Source: Candidatus Woykebacteria bacterium
GTDB lineage: Bacteria; Patescibacteriota; Microgenomatia; Woykebacterales; RBG-16-39-9b
Length of the DNA stretch: 64,000 nucleotides
Direction of reading: 5' to 3'
Assembly: GCA_040876345.1 (NCBI GenBank)
Contig: JBBDPM010000006.1
Location: 6,803-70,802 of the forward strand
In this document: piece by piece, positions 1 to 8,352 of the stretch
Numbering within the stretch: position 1 is the first letter of the stretch
Layout of the letters: each line of letters begins with the position of its first letter
Made by a program: the position numbers and the translations under genes
Notes under the pieces: model-generated
Databases searched by the model: none
What the model saw: only the letters and a program-made list of their open reading frames with translations
What the model was told of the DNA's origin: nothing

Positions 1-11
1 ACGCACTAGGC

Positions 12-1442
12 TCAGTTTTTCATAGATTCCCTCCTCATCTCCTCTGCTTCTTTCTTGGCTACCTCCGCCCATTGCTTAGCGGTTAGCAGGGTGCCGTCGG
101 CAGCGAATTCCAAGGTATCCTTTATCACCCGCGCAATGTCTTGCTTCGCTGCTGGATCGTTCGCCAGATCTTGGAGAAGCTGCCTTGATACCGGCTCGAG
201 GAAATCGAAACTTCCAGCGCTGACTACCGGTATGACCACACCCTTTGTTTCCTCGTCCTTCTCTTCTGGTGTGAGCGGACTCCCATCCTCCTTTGCCACC
301 ATTCCCATAGCAAGGAAGGTGAGGAACATCTCGTGCTTACGGTAGAATTCCTGGCCGAGCACGATGTGTTGACGGCCGACCCAAGTTTCTTCAACAATCT
401 CCAGCTTGCTGAAGAATCCGTATCTACCCGGAATGTGGGTGGAATCGAGTAGGTAGTCCACTCTCAGGAGTCTGTCCTCGGCTCTCCACTCATACCGCCC
501 GTAGATCTTGTGTTTGAAGGACCAGCGGTTTGAGCAGTATTCAACCCAGGGTGGGTTGGGAATTGAGTTTCGATCACGCCGAGCTCTGAGGAAGAGGTTT
601 CGCTCCTCACAGTGCAGGTAAGTTTCGCCTTGCGCCAGCGCCTCAACCGAGTTGAGAGTCCTTTCCACCTCGTCCGACCAGCTGTCGTCCAGAAAGGCTG
701 TTGCAGTCTGGCATTGGTAGAAAGCGAACTCGCTTGCGAAGCGATAGAAGGTCAAGGCTCCAAATCCACCATCTGTTGCCAGACTAACCTTCCTAAGGTA
801 AGCAGGCAGCTTCTCGACCTCTTCGCGGGACAAGCCCTGGACGTAGTGAGCGACAAGTCGGAAGGCTTCCGCCAGGCACTCTTTAAACTCGGGTGATATA
901 TCACCCTTGTCGTGAGGGTACTTGCCTTCGACTGACGCTTTGGACATTGAGGCGATAAATAGGTAGTTGGCCGTGAGTTCGGTGGCACTCATCCGTACTG
1001 CGTTTCTCCCGTCATGAAAAACAATAGTTTGGGACGATTGCCGGTTGAGCTCCGCCTTCAACTCCTCCCACTCCTCGTCCGTGCAACCCCTGCAAAACTC
1101 CTCTCTGTCCTCCTCTGTGAACTCCCCAGTCAAGTCAATTCGGTAAGGCAGCAGAAGGACTTCGATGTGGGGTGAGAATGTTGGGAGCAGTATGCCGTAT
1201 GGCTTACCCGCCATAGCGATCACCTCAATGAATTGATCTCGTTCCTGCGATGAGAAGTAGGGAGCGTATTGAACGAAGTTATCGGCGAACGAGAGGAATA
1301 CCTCCTTTTCCTCCTCGCTCAGGGTGATCGATCCCTTCACCGCCTCGAAGATGTGCAGAAGCCTCCTGTACAAGAAGATCTTGCACAATCTACTCGATTT
1401 TTTCCGGTTCCGTTTCGATATCCCCTGTCTCTTGGCCGGCAT
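12..1442 (-). CDS. Hypothetical 476-aa protein on a GC-rich island; no recognisable motif
   Basis: Long uninterrupted ORF. Composition is visibly GC-richer than the neighbouring AT-rich genes. I recognised no family motif. Confidence 0.5.
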   Translation of the reverse strand: MPAKRQGISKRNRKKSSRLCKIFLYRRLLHIFEAVKGSITLSEEEKEVFLSFADNFVQYAPYFSSQERDQFIEVIAMAGKPYGILLPTFSPHIEVLLLPYRIDLTGEFTEEDREEFCRGCTDEEWEELKAELNRQSSQTIVFHDGRNAVRMSATELTANYLFIASMSKASVEGKYPHDKGDISPEFKECLAEAFRLVAHYVQGLSREEVEKLPAYLRKVSLATDGGFGALTFYRFASEFAFYQCQTATAFLDDSWSDEVERTLNSVEALAQGETYLHCEERNLFLRARRDRNSIPNPPWVEYCSNRWSFKHKIYGRYEWRAEDRLLRVDYLLDSTHIPGRYGFFSKLEIVEETWVGRQHIVLGQEFYRKHEMFLTFLAMGMVAKEDGSPLTPEEKDEETKGVVIPVVSAGSFDFLEPVSRQLLQDLANDPAAKQDIARVIKDTLEFAADGTLLTAKQWAEVAKKEAEEMRRESMKN

Positions 1443-1595
1443 CGTGATTTCTCCTTTCCCCAGTTGATGAACGAATGTATTGTTAAGGAACCGATGATCT
1501 GTAAAGTGGATTATAAAGCTATGTCAACCTTTTTTCCAGTGCGCTTCAAACCTCACATCTACAAATCCCGCCTTTTGGCCAATTAAGCGATTTTC

Positions 1596-1624
1596 TTGAC
1601 ATAGAAGCAGGTTAATCCTAAGAT
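1596..1624 (+). promoter_or_regulatory. Sigma70-like promoter TTGACA-17-TAAGAT upstream of the 1633 gene
   Basis: TTGACA at 1596-1601, a 17-nt spacer, TAAGAT at 1619-1624, followed by AGAGG and a GTG start. Confidence 0.5.
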
Positions 1625-1632
1625 TTAGAGGC

Positions 1633-2517
1633 GTGACAAAAACTTTTGTTGGACCAGGCATTTTAATAGTTTTTGGCATAATTTTCCTTTTGAATAATTT
1701 TGGGATCTTACCATGGGATGTGTGGCTCTCACTTTGGAAGTTCTGGCCAATAATTTTAATTTTGGTTGGCGTGGAAATACTACTGGGAAAGCCTGCCTCT
1801 ATTAAAACTTTTGTGGTACTCTTCGGATTAGTATTTCTTGTCCCAATAATCCTCTCTTATAACCCAATTACCAACAACCCTCTTGCGACTGAGGAATTTG
1901 AAATAGCCGAAAGCCTGGGGGTGGCAACTTCCGCAAAGATAATCTTGGAATTGCCTGCTTCAACCATTAATATTGGTTCCTTGGAGGGAAGCTCGGCTTT
2001 TCTCACCCAAGGTAAAATAGTCTATAGTGAGGCCGCCAAAAAACCCAGTGTAGAAAAAAAGGAAACTGGCGGAAAAATGGAGTTAACTTTAACTCAATCT
2101 ACCCAAGGTAAACTCCCTTTTATTTCAAATCTAAAAACTAATGCTAATCTCTCCCTAACCTCTCTAATACCTTTAGAAATATTCATTAAGACGGGTGCCT
2201 CCACTGCCAACATTGATCTCTCTAAGCTTAAATCTGAGTACTTGGAAGTAAATTCGGGAGCTTCTAGCTTGAATATTAAACTTGCTGATAATTTTAGCCA
2301 AAAAATATTGATTAAAGCAGGGGCTTCCTCAATTACACTAGAAATTCCTGTAAAACTTGAATCAAAAGTTACCGTCGATTCTCAAGTAAAAAGTGTTGCC
2401 GCGCCGGAAAGATTTAAAAAAACAGCTGATACCTACCAAACCAAGGATTTTGAAAAAGCAAACGTTCGGGGGGAGATAGAAATAAAATCGGCGGCTGGAA
2501 GCATAACAATCAAGTAA
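1633..2517 (+). CDS. Membrane protein with two N-terminal TM helices and C-terminal LiaF/DUF4097-like beta-repeat domain
   Basis: N-terminal hydrophobic helices (ILIVFGIIFLLNNFGILPW..., WPIILILVGVEILL). Repeated GASxxNI(x)L strands in the C-terminal half, as in LiaF-like 'putative adhesin' domains. Confidence 0.55.
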   Translation: MTKTFVGPGILIVFGIIFLLNNFGILPWDVWLSLWKFWPIILILVGVEILLGKPASIKTFVVLFGLVFLVPIILSYNPITNNPLATEEFEIAESLGVATSAKIILELPASTINIGSLEGSSAFLTQGKIVYSEAAKKPSVEKKETGGKMELTLTQSTQGKLPFISNLKTNANLSLTSLIPLEIFIKTGASTANIDLSKLKSEYLEVNSGASSLNIKLADNFSQKILIKAGASSITLEIPVKLESKVTVDSQVKSVAAPERFKKTADTYQTKDFEKANVRGEIEIKSAAGSITIK

Positions 2518-2522
2518 AGTTC

Positions 2523-2551
2523 TTGACAAGATGGCGACCTATTGATAATAT
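2523..2551 (+). promoter_or_regulatory. Consensus-like promoter TTGACA-17-TAATAT at the start of GC-rich island B
   Basis: TTGACA at 2523-2528, 17-nt spacer, TAATAT at 2546-2551. Confidence 0.5.
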
Positions 2552-2665
2552 TTGTTCCAATATGACCAAGAAAAGCAGCGTTCTTAGCCTTGTACTCACA
2601 AAGCTCCTCGTTGTGGGGGCAAAACGATTGCGGGGGTAAGAGTATTTCGCACCTTTTTTTAACAA

Positions 2666-2686
2666 CCCCCGCAAGGGGGTTTTTTA
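2666..2686 (+). terminator. Intrinsic terminator hairpin CCCCC-GCAA-GGGGG plus T6, with an upstream alternative pairing partner (TTGCGGGGG at 2621-2629)
   Basis: CCCCCGCAAGGGGGTTTTTT. The upstream TTGCGGGGG is the exact reverse complement of CCCCCGCAA, so two mutually exclusive hairpins are possible (attenuator-like). Confidence 0.5.
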
Positions 2687-2703
2687 GTGTTTATTTTGAT
2701 CAC

Positions 2704-2776
2704 AAGCCCTTCGTACAATGAAGGACAGCCAGACTACCACTGGAAGACGTGGGTTCGAACCCCGCAGGGCTTACCA
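2704..2776 (+). tRNA. tRNA-like element or pseudo-tRNA: perfect 7-bp acceptor stem, T-arm GTGGG/TTCGAAC/CCCGC, encoded CCA; D and anticodon arms non-canonical
   Basis: AAGCCCT...AGGGCTT-A-CCA pair perfectly. The T-loop is TTCGAAC. The only 7-nt anticodon-type loop (ACTACCA, anticodon UAC) has C at positions 33 and 37 and a 4-bp stem. No D-stem can be drawn. Confidence 0.35.
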
Positions 2777-2809
2777 AAAAATCACTGTGGTGGAAAGGAG
2801 ACACCGATC

Positions 2810-3073
2810 ATGACAATCACGGGTAGCTCAAACCCAAGCGCTGCGTTGCTGAGTATCCCTGGGGTACGGACAAAATGTCCCAAGTGCCCGTCCTGCAATC
2901 GACCGGTTGGCAGAGGAAACAGACACACGGACGCGGATGAACTTGACCATAACGACCAAACTCATGTTCACTGCCCGTATGACGACTGCAGGGAAGTTTC
3001 CCTGGTTCGAGGCGACGAAGACGGGATTGTCCTAACTTCACTTCACCAAAGTGGCGAGTCAATGGCGACTTAG
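2810..3073 (+). CDS. Small Cys-rich zinc-ribbon-like protein (~87 aa)
   Basis: AAGGAG 8 nt upstream of the ATG at 2810. Motifs CPKCPSC...HCPYDDC. GC-rich island. Confidence 0.45.
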   Translation: MTITGSSNPSAALLSIPGVRTKCPKCPSCNRPVGRGNRHTDADELDHNDQTHVHCPYDDCREVSLVRGDEDGIVLTSLHQSGESMAT

Positions 3074-3309
3074 CAAATAAGCAGGTCGTTAGAGAGAGGT
3101 GCAATCATTACTACTGACTTCGGTAGGGCCAAACAAGCACTAGCACGGTCGAGGCAGAAGCTTGATCAAGCTTTGGCGGGTTTAATGGTGGCGGATGAGG
3201 AGTCTGTATTTGTTATCGATCTAGTAACTATCATGAGCCAGGTCGAACAACTAGTGCAGACCATCCATTCGGTACAGAACGGGGTCGAGAGATAAAACAG
3301 GAGGCACAC

Positions 3310-3570
3310 ATGGTAGCTCACCCAAGCAACGAAGCAGAAGAGGTGGGAGACGAGGGGCAGGTGGTCGATGCGAAGGAGCGGCGGAAGTTCCGCGAACGGC
3401 TTATCGCTGCAGGAGGGGCCAATAACCAAACACTCGTGCTGGTGGCTCAAGAAGAACTGCTGAAACACCCTGAGTGGAAGCCAGTGGTGGAAAGCGTACT
3501 GAGAGAGTTGGGATTGCAGTACTTGGCGGAGCAAATACACTGCGGTGCCCCTGCCTTCGCTCATAGCTGA
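3310..3570 (+). CDS. Hypothetical 86-aa protein (island B)
   Basis: Strong RBS ACAGGAGG 6 nt before the ATG. Acidic N-terminus. The overlapping minus-strand ORFs have no RBS. Confidence 0.45.
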   Translation: MVAHPSNEAEEVGDEGQVVDAKERRKFRERLIAAGGANNQTLVLVAQEELLKHPEWKPVVESVLRELGLQYLAEQIHCGAPAFAHS

Positions 3571-3674
3571 ACTCACTTGGCGGAGAGAGACAACCAATGA
3601 AAGCGGACCAGCCGGCATAATATCCGCTTCTCACATCGTTGCCCCGGTATCCGGCTCTGCTGGGGCATATCTTC

Positions 3675-3703
3675 TTGAATTGAACTTAACTTCCTGATAT
3701 AAT
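3675..3703 (+). promoter_or_regulatory. clpP promoter TTGAAT-17-TATAAT giving a (near-)leaderless transcript
   Basis: TTGAAT at 3675-3680, TATAAT at 3698-3703. The clpP ATG at 3715 lies only about 5 nt past the expected transcription start, and there is no SD. Confidence 0.55.
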
Positions 3704-3714
3704 CCACTCCACTT

Positions 3715-4371
3715 ATGGAACTAGTCCCGATGGTTATTAAACGCGACCCAAGAGGGGAACGGGCATATGATATTTACAGCCGGCTGCTTGAGGATAGAAT
3801 TATATTTTTAAGCGGGCCAATTACTGATGAAGTAGCCAATATTATAATTGCCGAGCTTTTATATCTTGAAAATGAAGATAACGAAAAGGATATCAGTATT
3901 TATATAAACTCACCTGGTGGTATGGTTCATTCCACCCTAGCAATGTACGACACCATGAAGTATGTGAAACCTGATATTTCGACGGTCTGCGTGGGTTTAG
4001 CAGCCTCTGGGGCAGCAATTATCCTCTCGGGCGGTAAAAAAGGAAAAAGGTATACTCTGCCAAATTCAAAAATAATGATTCACCAGCCAATGACAGAAGT
4101 GTCAGGCCAGGCAAGTGATATAAAAATCCATGCCGATGAGATATTAAAGCTTAGGAAAAAACTTAATGAGATACTATCCAAAGAAACCAAGAGGCCGATG
4201 TCTCAAGTAGAACAGGACACCGACCGCGATTTTTATATGAGCGCTCAGGACGCTGTGAAATACGGGATTATAGACAAAGTAATCGATTCACGAAAAACTC
4301 TCCCCTCAAGAGCAAAAGAGGCCCCGAAAAAAGAAGCACCAGAGACTAATTTGATCGCAGACCTTAGATAA
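3715..4371 (+). CDS. clpP: ATP-dependent Clp protease proteolytic subunit ClpP (with Lys/Ala/Pro-rich C-terminal tail)
   Basis: [19 protein letters not shown]...INSPGG...MIHQP are ClpP hallmarks. Confidence 0.92.
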   Translation: MELVPMVIKRDPRGERAYDIYSRLLEDRIIFLSGPITDEVANIIIAELLYLENEDNEKDISIYINSPGGMVHSTLAMYDTMKYVKPDISTVCVGLAASGAAIILSGGKKGKRYTLPNSKIMIHQPMTEVSGQASDIKIHADEILKLRKKLNEILSKETKRPMSQVEQDTDRDFYMSAQDAVKYGIIDKVIDSRKTLPSRAKEAPKKEAPETNLIADLR

Positions 4372-4446
4372 GGACGGTTAGCTCAGTGGTAGAGCGCTTC
4401 GTTGACATCGAAGAGGCCACAGGTTCAAGTCCTGTACCGTCCACCA
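4372..4446 (+). tRNA. tRNA-Val (anticodon GAC), CCA encoded
   Basis: Cloverleaf GGACGGT/ACCGTCC acceptor, GCTC/GAGC D-stem, CTTCG-TTGACAT-CGAAG anticodon arm (GAC), ACAGG-TTCAAGT-CCTGT T-arm, A-CCA. Confidence 0.9.
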
Positions 4447-4487
4447 TCTTTTACTAATTTTCCTAGATACGATATACTTAGACTAGT

Positions 4488-4718
4488 ATGGATAAAGAAA
4501 AAGTAGAAAACGAAGCAATCGAGGTTGAAGTAGGCAAAGGGTACACCAAGGTGCACCTGTCTACCGGAAAAATAATGATCAACAATTTCCTTGGTGGCCT
4601 TGCTTGGGGATTTGGAACTGTACTTGGAGCAACTATCATTGCGGCCCTTGTTTTATTTGTTTTAAGTAAACTGAACACTGTGCCCATAATTGGCGGGTTG
4701 ATAAATAAAATACAATAA
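4488..4718 (+). CDS. Small membrane protein (76 aa), one C-terminal TM helix
   Basis: ORF with a hydrophobic C-terminal half (GGLAWGFGTVLGATIIAALVLFVL). No family assigned. Confidence 0.4.
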   Translation: MDKEKVENEAIEVEVGKGYTKVHLSTGKIMINNFLGGLAWGFGTVLGATIIAALVLFVLSKLNTVPIIGGLINKIQ

Positions 4719-4754
4719 TGAAAGAAGTCAATTTCGCCAAAACTTAAGATTAAG

Positions 4755-6476
4755 ATGAAGTATCCTCTTGAAACAATTAGGCACTCCAGCGCTCACGTAA
4801 TGGCATCTGCCGTAAAAAATTTATTCCCCGGTACAAAACTTGGTATTGGACCCAGAATTGAGAACGGTTTCTATTACGATTTTGACACTAATCACCGCTT
4901 TTCTGAAGAAGATTTCGAAAAAATCGAAAAAGAAATGTTAAAGATAAAAACCCAGAAACTTGAGTTTGAGAGGAGTGAGAAGAGTGTGGATGAAGCTATA
5001 AAATTCTCGGAAAAGTTACCCGAACCGTACAAAGCCGAGCTTATAGAGAATCTTAAAGACCAGGGGGAGAAAAAAGTCTCCTTTTACAAAACCGGGGATT
5101 TTGTGGACCTTTGCCGCGGTCCCCACGTGAAAAACTCAGCCGAAATTGGAGAATTTAAACTTCTCTCTGTAGCCGGTGCTTATTGGAAGGGTAGCGAAAA
5201 AAACAAAATGCTTCAGCGAATCTATGGCACTACCTGGAACACAAAGAACGAGCTGAACGATTATCTAGAAAAACTAAGTGGGGCAAAAAGGAGAGATCAT
5301 AAAAAACTCGGTCAGGAGCTTTCTTTATTCACTTTTTTGCCAGAAGCTCCGGGTATGCCTTTTTGGTATCCGAAGGGTCTGATTATTGTTAATGAGCTAA
5401 AAAGCTACATTCGGGAATTAAACTCAAAATTTGGATATGAGGAGATTTCCACCCCACTACTTGCTAAAAAATCAGTATGGGAAACCTCTGGGCACTGGAA
5501 CCTTTTCCGAGATAATATGTTCACCTTCGACTTGGAAGAGCAAACCTACGCCCTAAAACCTATGAACTGCCCGGAAACCCTACTTCTTTACAATACTAAA
5601 CAATATAGCTATAAGGACTTGCCGGTAAAATGGGCTGACCTTGATCCTCTTCACAGATATGAAGAGTCAGGAACGCTGCACGGCTTGTTTCGGGTAAGAG
5701 GACTATCCCAAGACGATGCTCATGTTTTTTGCGAGGAAGATAAAATAGGAGAGGCCGTTTCGGAAATAATTGAGATGGCCAAGATCGTTTTCAAAACTTT
5801 CGACTTAAAACCCACATTTTATTTATCCACAAGGCCGGACAAAGCGTTGGGAACCCCAAAAACTTGGGAGAGGGCAGAGAAATCTCTAAAGGAAGTATTA
5901 GAAAAGCAAAAAGTAAATTTTGGGATTAAGGAAAAAGACGGAGCCTTTTACGGACCTAAAATTGATCTTCACGTTGAGGATTCTCTAGGAAGAGACTGGC
6001 AGCTTTCAACAATCCAGCTAGATTTTCAAATGCCGGAGAGGTTTTCCGCTACCTACATTGACGATTCTGGCAACAAAAAAACCCCAGTTCTGATACATAA
6101 AGCCCTTTTTGGTTCCTTGGAAAGATTTCTTGGTATTTTAATAGAGCATATCGAAGCAAGGTTTCCAATTTGGCTCTCCCCTGTCCAAACCAAAGTTTTA
6201 CCAATAGCAGAAAGGCACGCTGACTACGCAAGTCAAGTAGTGGAAAAACTTCGAGAAGAGAAAATCAGAGCCGAGACAGACTCGGGAAATGAAACCTTGC
6301 AGTCAAGAATTAGAAACGCCGAATTACAAAAAATCCCGTATATTTTGGTCGTCGGTGACAAGGAGCAGGTTACAAAAAAAATTTCGGTTCGAAAAAGAGG
6401 CTCAAAAGATTTAACTTCAGAGGACCTTGTGGATTTCATAAGACAAGTCAAGAAGCAAATTGAAAACAGGGAATAA
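4755..6476 (+). CDS. thrS: Threonine--tRNA ligase (lacks the N-terminal TGS domain)
   Basis: HSSAHVMA editing-domain motif, class II catalytic core, C-terminal anticodon-binding domain. 573 aa. Confidence 0.9.
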   Translation: MKYPLETIRHSSAHVMASAVKNLFPGTKLGIGPRIENGFYYDFDTNHRFSEEDFEKIEKEMLKIKTQKLEFERSEKSVDEAIKFSEKLPEPYKAELIENLKDQGEKKVSFYKTGDFVDLCRGPHVKNSAEIGEFKLLSVAGAYWKGSEKNKMLQRIYGTTWNTKNELNDYLEKLSGAKRRDHKKLGQELSLFTFLPEAPGMPFWYPKGLIIVNELKSYIRELNSKFGYEEISTPLLAKKSVWETSGHWNLFRDNMFTFDLEEQTYALKPMNCPETLLLYNTKQYSYKDLPVKWADLDPLHRYEESGTLHGLFRVRGLSQDDAHVFCEEDKIGEAVSEIIEMAKIVFKTFDLKPTFYLSTRPDKALGTPKTWERAEKSLKEVLEKQKVNFGIKEKDGAFYGPKIDLHVEDSLGRDWQLSTIQLDFQMPERFSATYIDDSGNKKTPVLIHKALFGSLERFLGILIEHIEARFPIWLSPVQTKVLPIAERHADYASQVVEKLREEKIRAETDSGNETLQSRIRNAELQKIPYILVVGDKEQVTKKISVRKRGSKDLTSEDLVDFIRQVKKQIENRE

Positions 6477-7072
6477 TGAAAGAAATCGAGGCCGCTTCTT
6501 CAATTATAAGACAGGGCGGGATAGTAATTTTTCCAACCGATACTGTATTTGCTCTGGGCTGCAGAGTCGGTAATCACGAAGCGACAAAAAGGCTCTACGC
6601 TGTTAAACAAAGGCCAGATAATCAACCAACTCTGATATTAGCCGAAAGCCTTGAGCAAGCAACAAAGTACGGTATCTTTGAAAAAGCAGCACTCGCACTC
6701 GCCACCAAATTTTGGCCCGGACCTCTTACAATTGTAGTTAAAGCTAAGAATGAGGCAGCAAAATATATTTTGGGGCCAGGGCACACTTTAGCTATTAGGG
6801 TTCCTAAGTTTAACCCCGTCCAGGAGATACTTAAACAAGTTGGGGATCCTATACTCGCACCTTCGGCTAATTTTAGAGGAAAGCAGGCTACTGCCAAACT
6901 TGGAGAAATTGACAAAAACTTGACGAAACTGGTAGACTACGTACTCGAAATGGAATGTGGTGGGAAGAAACCTTCAACAATAGTTGATGTTTCTGGAAAA
7001 ACCCACCGCATTTTGCGTGAAGGGTCGGTTAGTAAAAAGGAAATAAGTAACCTCTTAACAAAAGGAGATTAA
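6476..7072 (+). CDS. tsaC: L-threonylcarbamoyladenylate synthase TsaC/YrdC family
   Basis: YrdC fold signatures (IVIFPTDTVFALGC, PSTIVD). Confidence 0.85.
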   Translation: MKEIEAASSIIRQGGIVIFPTDTVFALGCRVGNHEATKRLYAVKQRPDNQPTLILAESLEQATKYGIFEKAALALATKFWPGPLTIVVKAKNEAAKYILGPGHTLAIRVPKFNPVQEILKQVGDPILAPSANFRGKQATAKLGEIDKNLTKLVDYVLEMECGGKKPSTIVDVSGKTHRILREGSVSKKEISNLLTKGD

Positions 7073-7104
7073 AAACGCGAAGGTATTATAAATTAAATCA
7101 AAAT

Positions 7105-7614
7105 ATTCGGGCAGATGAGGTTAGGGTTCTGGATGAGGAGGGAAAGCAAGTTGGAGTAATGAAGCTTGCTGATGCATTGGTAAAAGCGCGTGAGAGCGGC
7201 AAGGATTTAATAGAAGTAACAGCCAAAGCAAACCCACCGGTCGTAAAAATTATTGACTTTCAAAAGTTTAGATACGAGGAAGCAAAAAGGGAGCGGCAGG
7301 CGAGAAAAAAAACTAGAGAAACGCACACTAAAGAGATTTGGCTAGGGCCCTCAATTGGTGAGCACGATTTGGAAGTAAGATTGAAGCGTAGTGAGGAATT
7401 CTTTTCAAAAGGCGATCGGGTAAAATTTACCGTAAAATTCTCAGGGCGGGAAATGGCCCACACAGAGCTTGGTTTCAAGCTTTTGGAAAAATTAAAAGAG
7501 ATACTTTCTGAGACAGCTGAAGCTGACGGAGTACCCAGATTAATGGGAAGAAATTTATCTTTATCTTTCCGACCAGTAAAGATAGGGCATAATGAAAACA
7601 AAACACAAAACTAA
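7105..7614 (+). CDS. infC: Translation initiation factor IF-3, probable non-canonical ATT start (first in-frame ATG at 7159)
   Basis: The IF3 N-domain (IRADEVRVLDEEGKQVGVM) is encoded in-frame upstream of the first ATG. ATT at 7105 is in frame, and infC classically uses AUU. Confidence 0.8.
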   Translation: MRADEVRVLDEEGKQVGVMKLADALVKARESGKDLIEVTAKANPPVVKIIDFQKFRYEEAKRERQARKKTRETHTKEIWLGPSIGEHDLEVRLKRSEEFFSKGDRVKFTVKFSGREMAHTELGFKLLEKLKEILSETAEADGVPRLMGRNLSLSFRPVKIGHNENKTQN

Positions 7615-7786
7615 AAAGGGGGCTGCAAAAAGATTTAAACTAACTGCAAAAGGCCACATTTTAAAAAAGGGTGGCTACTCCTCACATTTAAAAGAAAAAA
7701 AATCTAATCGCCGGCTAAGAAAACAAAAAGAGCCCACTAGATTGGTGAAAGGTGATAAAAAAAGAATTATTAAGTTACTAAAATGA
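7592..7786 (+). CDS. rpmI: 50S ribosomal protein L35
   Basis: MKTKHKTKKGAAKRFKLTAKG is an L35 signature. Overlaps the infC end. Confidence 0.9.
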   Translation: MKTKHKTKKGAAKRFKLTAKGHILKKGGYSSHLKEKKSNRRLRKQKEPTRLVKGDKKRIIKLLK

Positions 7787-8148
7787 CAAGAGTAAAATCA
7801 GGAAAAGTCAGAAGAGCAAAACATAAGAAAATACTTCTGCTAGCGAAAGGTTACAGGGGAGCTCGCTCAAAACTAGTAAGAACGGCAAAAGAGGCCGTGA
7901 TGCATGCTGGCTCATATGCCTATGCGGGAAGAAAAGACCGTAAAAGACAAAAGAAGCAGGAATGGATTTTGAATATAAATTCAGCCCTGAAAACACACTC
8001 CATCAGCTACAGCGGTTTTTTCAGCAAACTTAAAGAAGCAAAAATCGATTTAAACAGAAAAACCCTGTCAGAACTAATTGTAAAAGATCGATCTACATTT
8101 GACAAAATAGTTGACAGCGTAAAAACTAGTAAACCTATAGCATCATAA
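7783..8148 (+). CDS. rplT: 50S ribosomal protein L20
   Basis: MTRVKSGKVRRAKHKKILLLAKGYRGARSKLVRTAKEAV is L20. Confidence 0.92.
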   Translation: MTRVKSGKVRRAKHKKILLLAKGYRGARSKLVRTAKEAVMHAGSYAYAGRKDRKRQKKQEWILNINSALKTHSISYSGFFSKLKEAKIDLNRKTLSELIVKDRSTFDKIVDSVKTSKPIAS

Positions 8149-8165
8149 ACACTTGCCCCATAGTC

Positions 8166-8194
8166 TTGACATATTGGATATTTTGTGCTATAAT
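8166..8194 (+). promoter_or_regulatory. Perfect-consensus promoter TTGACA-17-TATAAT
   Basis: TTGACA at 8166-8171, 17-nt spacer, TATAAT at 8189-8194. Confidence 0.6.
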
Positions 8195-8200
8195 AGGCTC

Positions 8201-8301
8201 TTAATTGTGCAGAAGTGAGTTTTTTAGCCTGAATTGGCCATAGTATGGGGAGCTCATGTAGGGCAGGCGTGAGCTTCCCGTATTCGGGCCAATTTTTTTT
8301 T
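8201..8301 (+). ncRNA. Candidate ~100-nt small RNA: consensus promoter followed by a long imperfect hairpin (ATTGGCC...GGCCAAT) and T9
   Basis: Promoter at 8166-8194. Hairpin at 8233-8293 (ATTGGCC/GGCCAAT outer stem, GGGAGCTCA/TGAGCTTCCC inner). T-run at 8293-8301. No ORF with an RBS in between. Confidence 0.4.
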
Positions 8302-8317
8302 ACCCACTCCACACTAC

Positions 8318-8346
8318 TTGACAAATCAAACGTAAATTCTTAGTAT
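8318..8346 (+). promoter_or_regulatory. Promoter TTGACA-17-TAGTAT driving the T-box leader
   Basis: TTGACA at 8318-8323, TAGTAT at 8341-8346. Confidence 0.5.
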
Positions 8347-8352
8347 AGAGGA

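Noticed and set aside
2704-2776. tmRNA 3' domain hypothesis for the tRNA-like element
   Set aside because: tmRNA needs a 5' strand about 300 nt upstream pairing with the acceptor 3' strand. The only AAGCCCT partner is 50 nt upstream, and no tag-peptide frame or pseudoknot region is evident.
3166-3634. Minus-strand ORFs 3166-3618 and 3401-3634 in island B
   Set aside because: There is no SD. The plus-strand 3310-3570 ORF has a perfect AGGAGG and excludes them.
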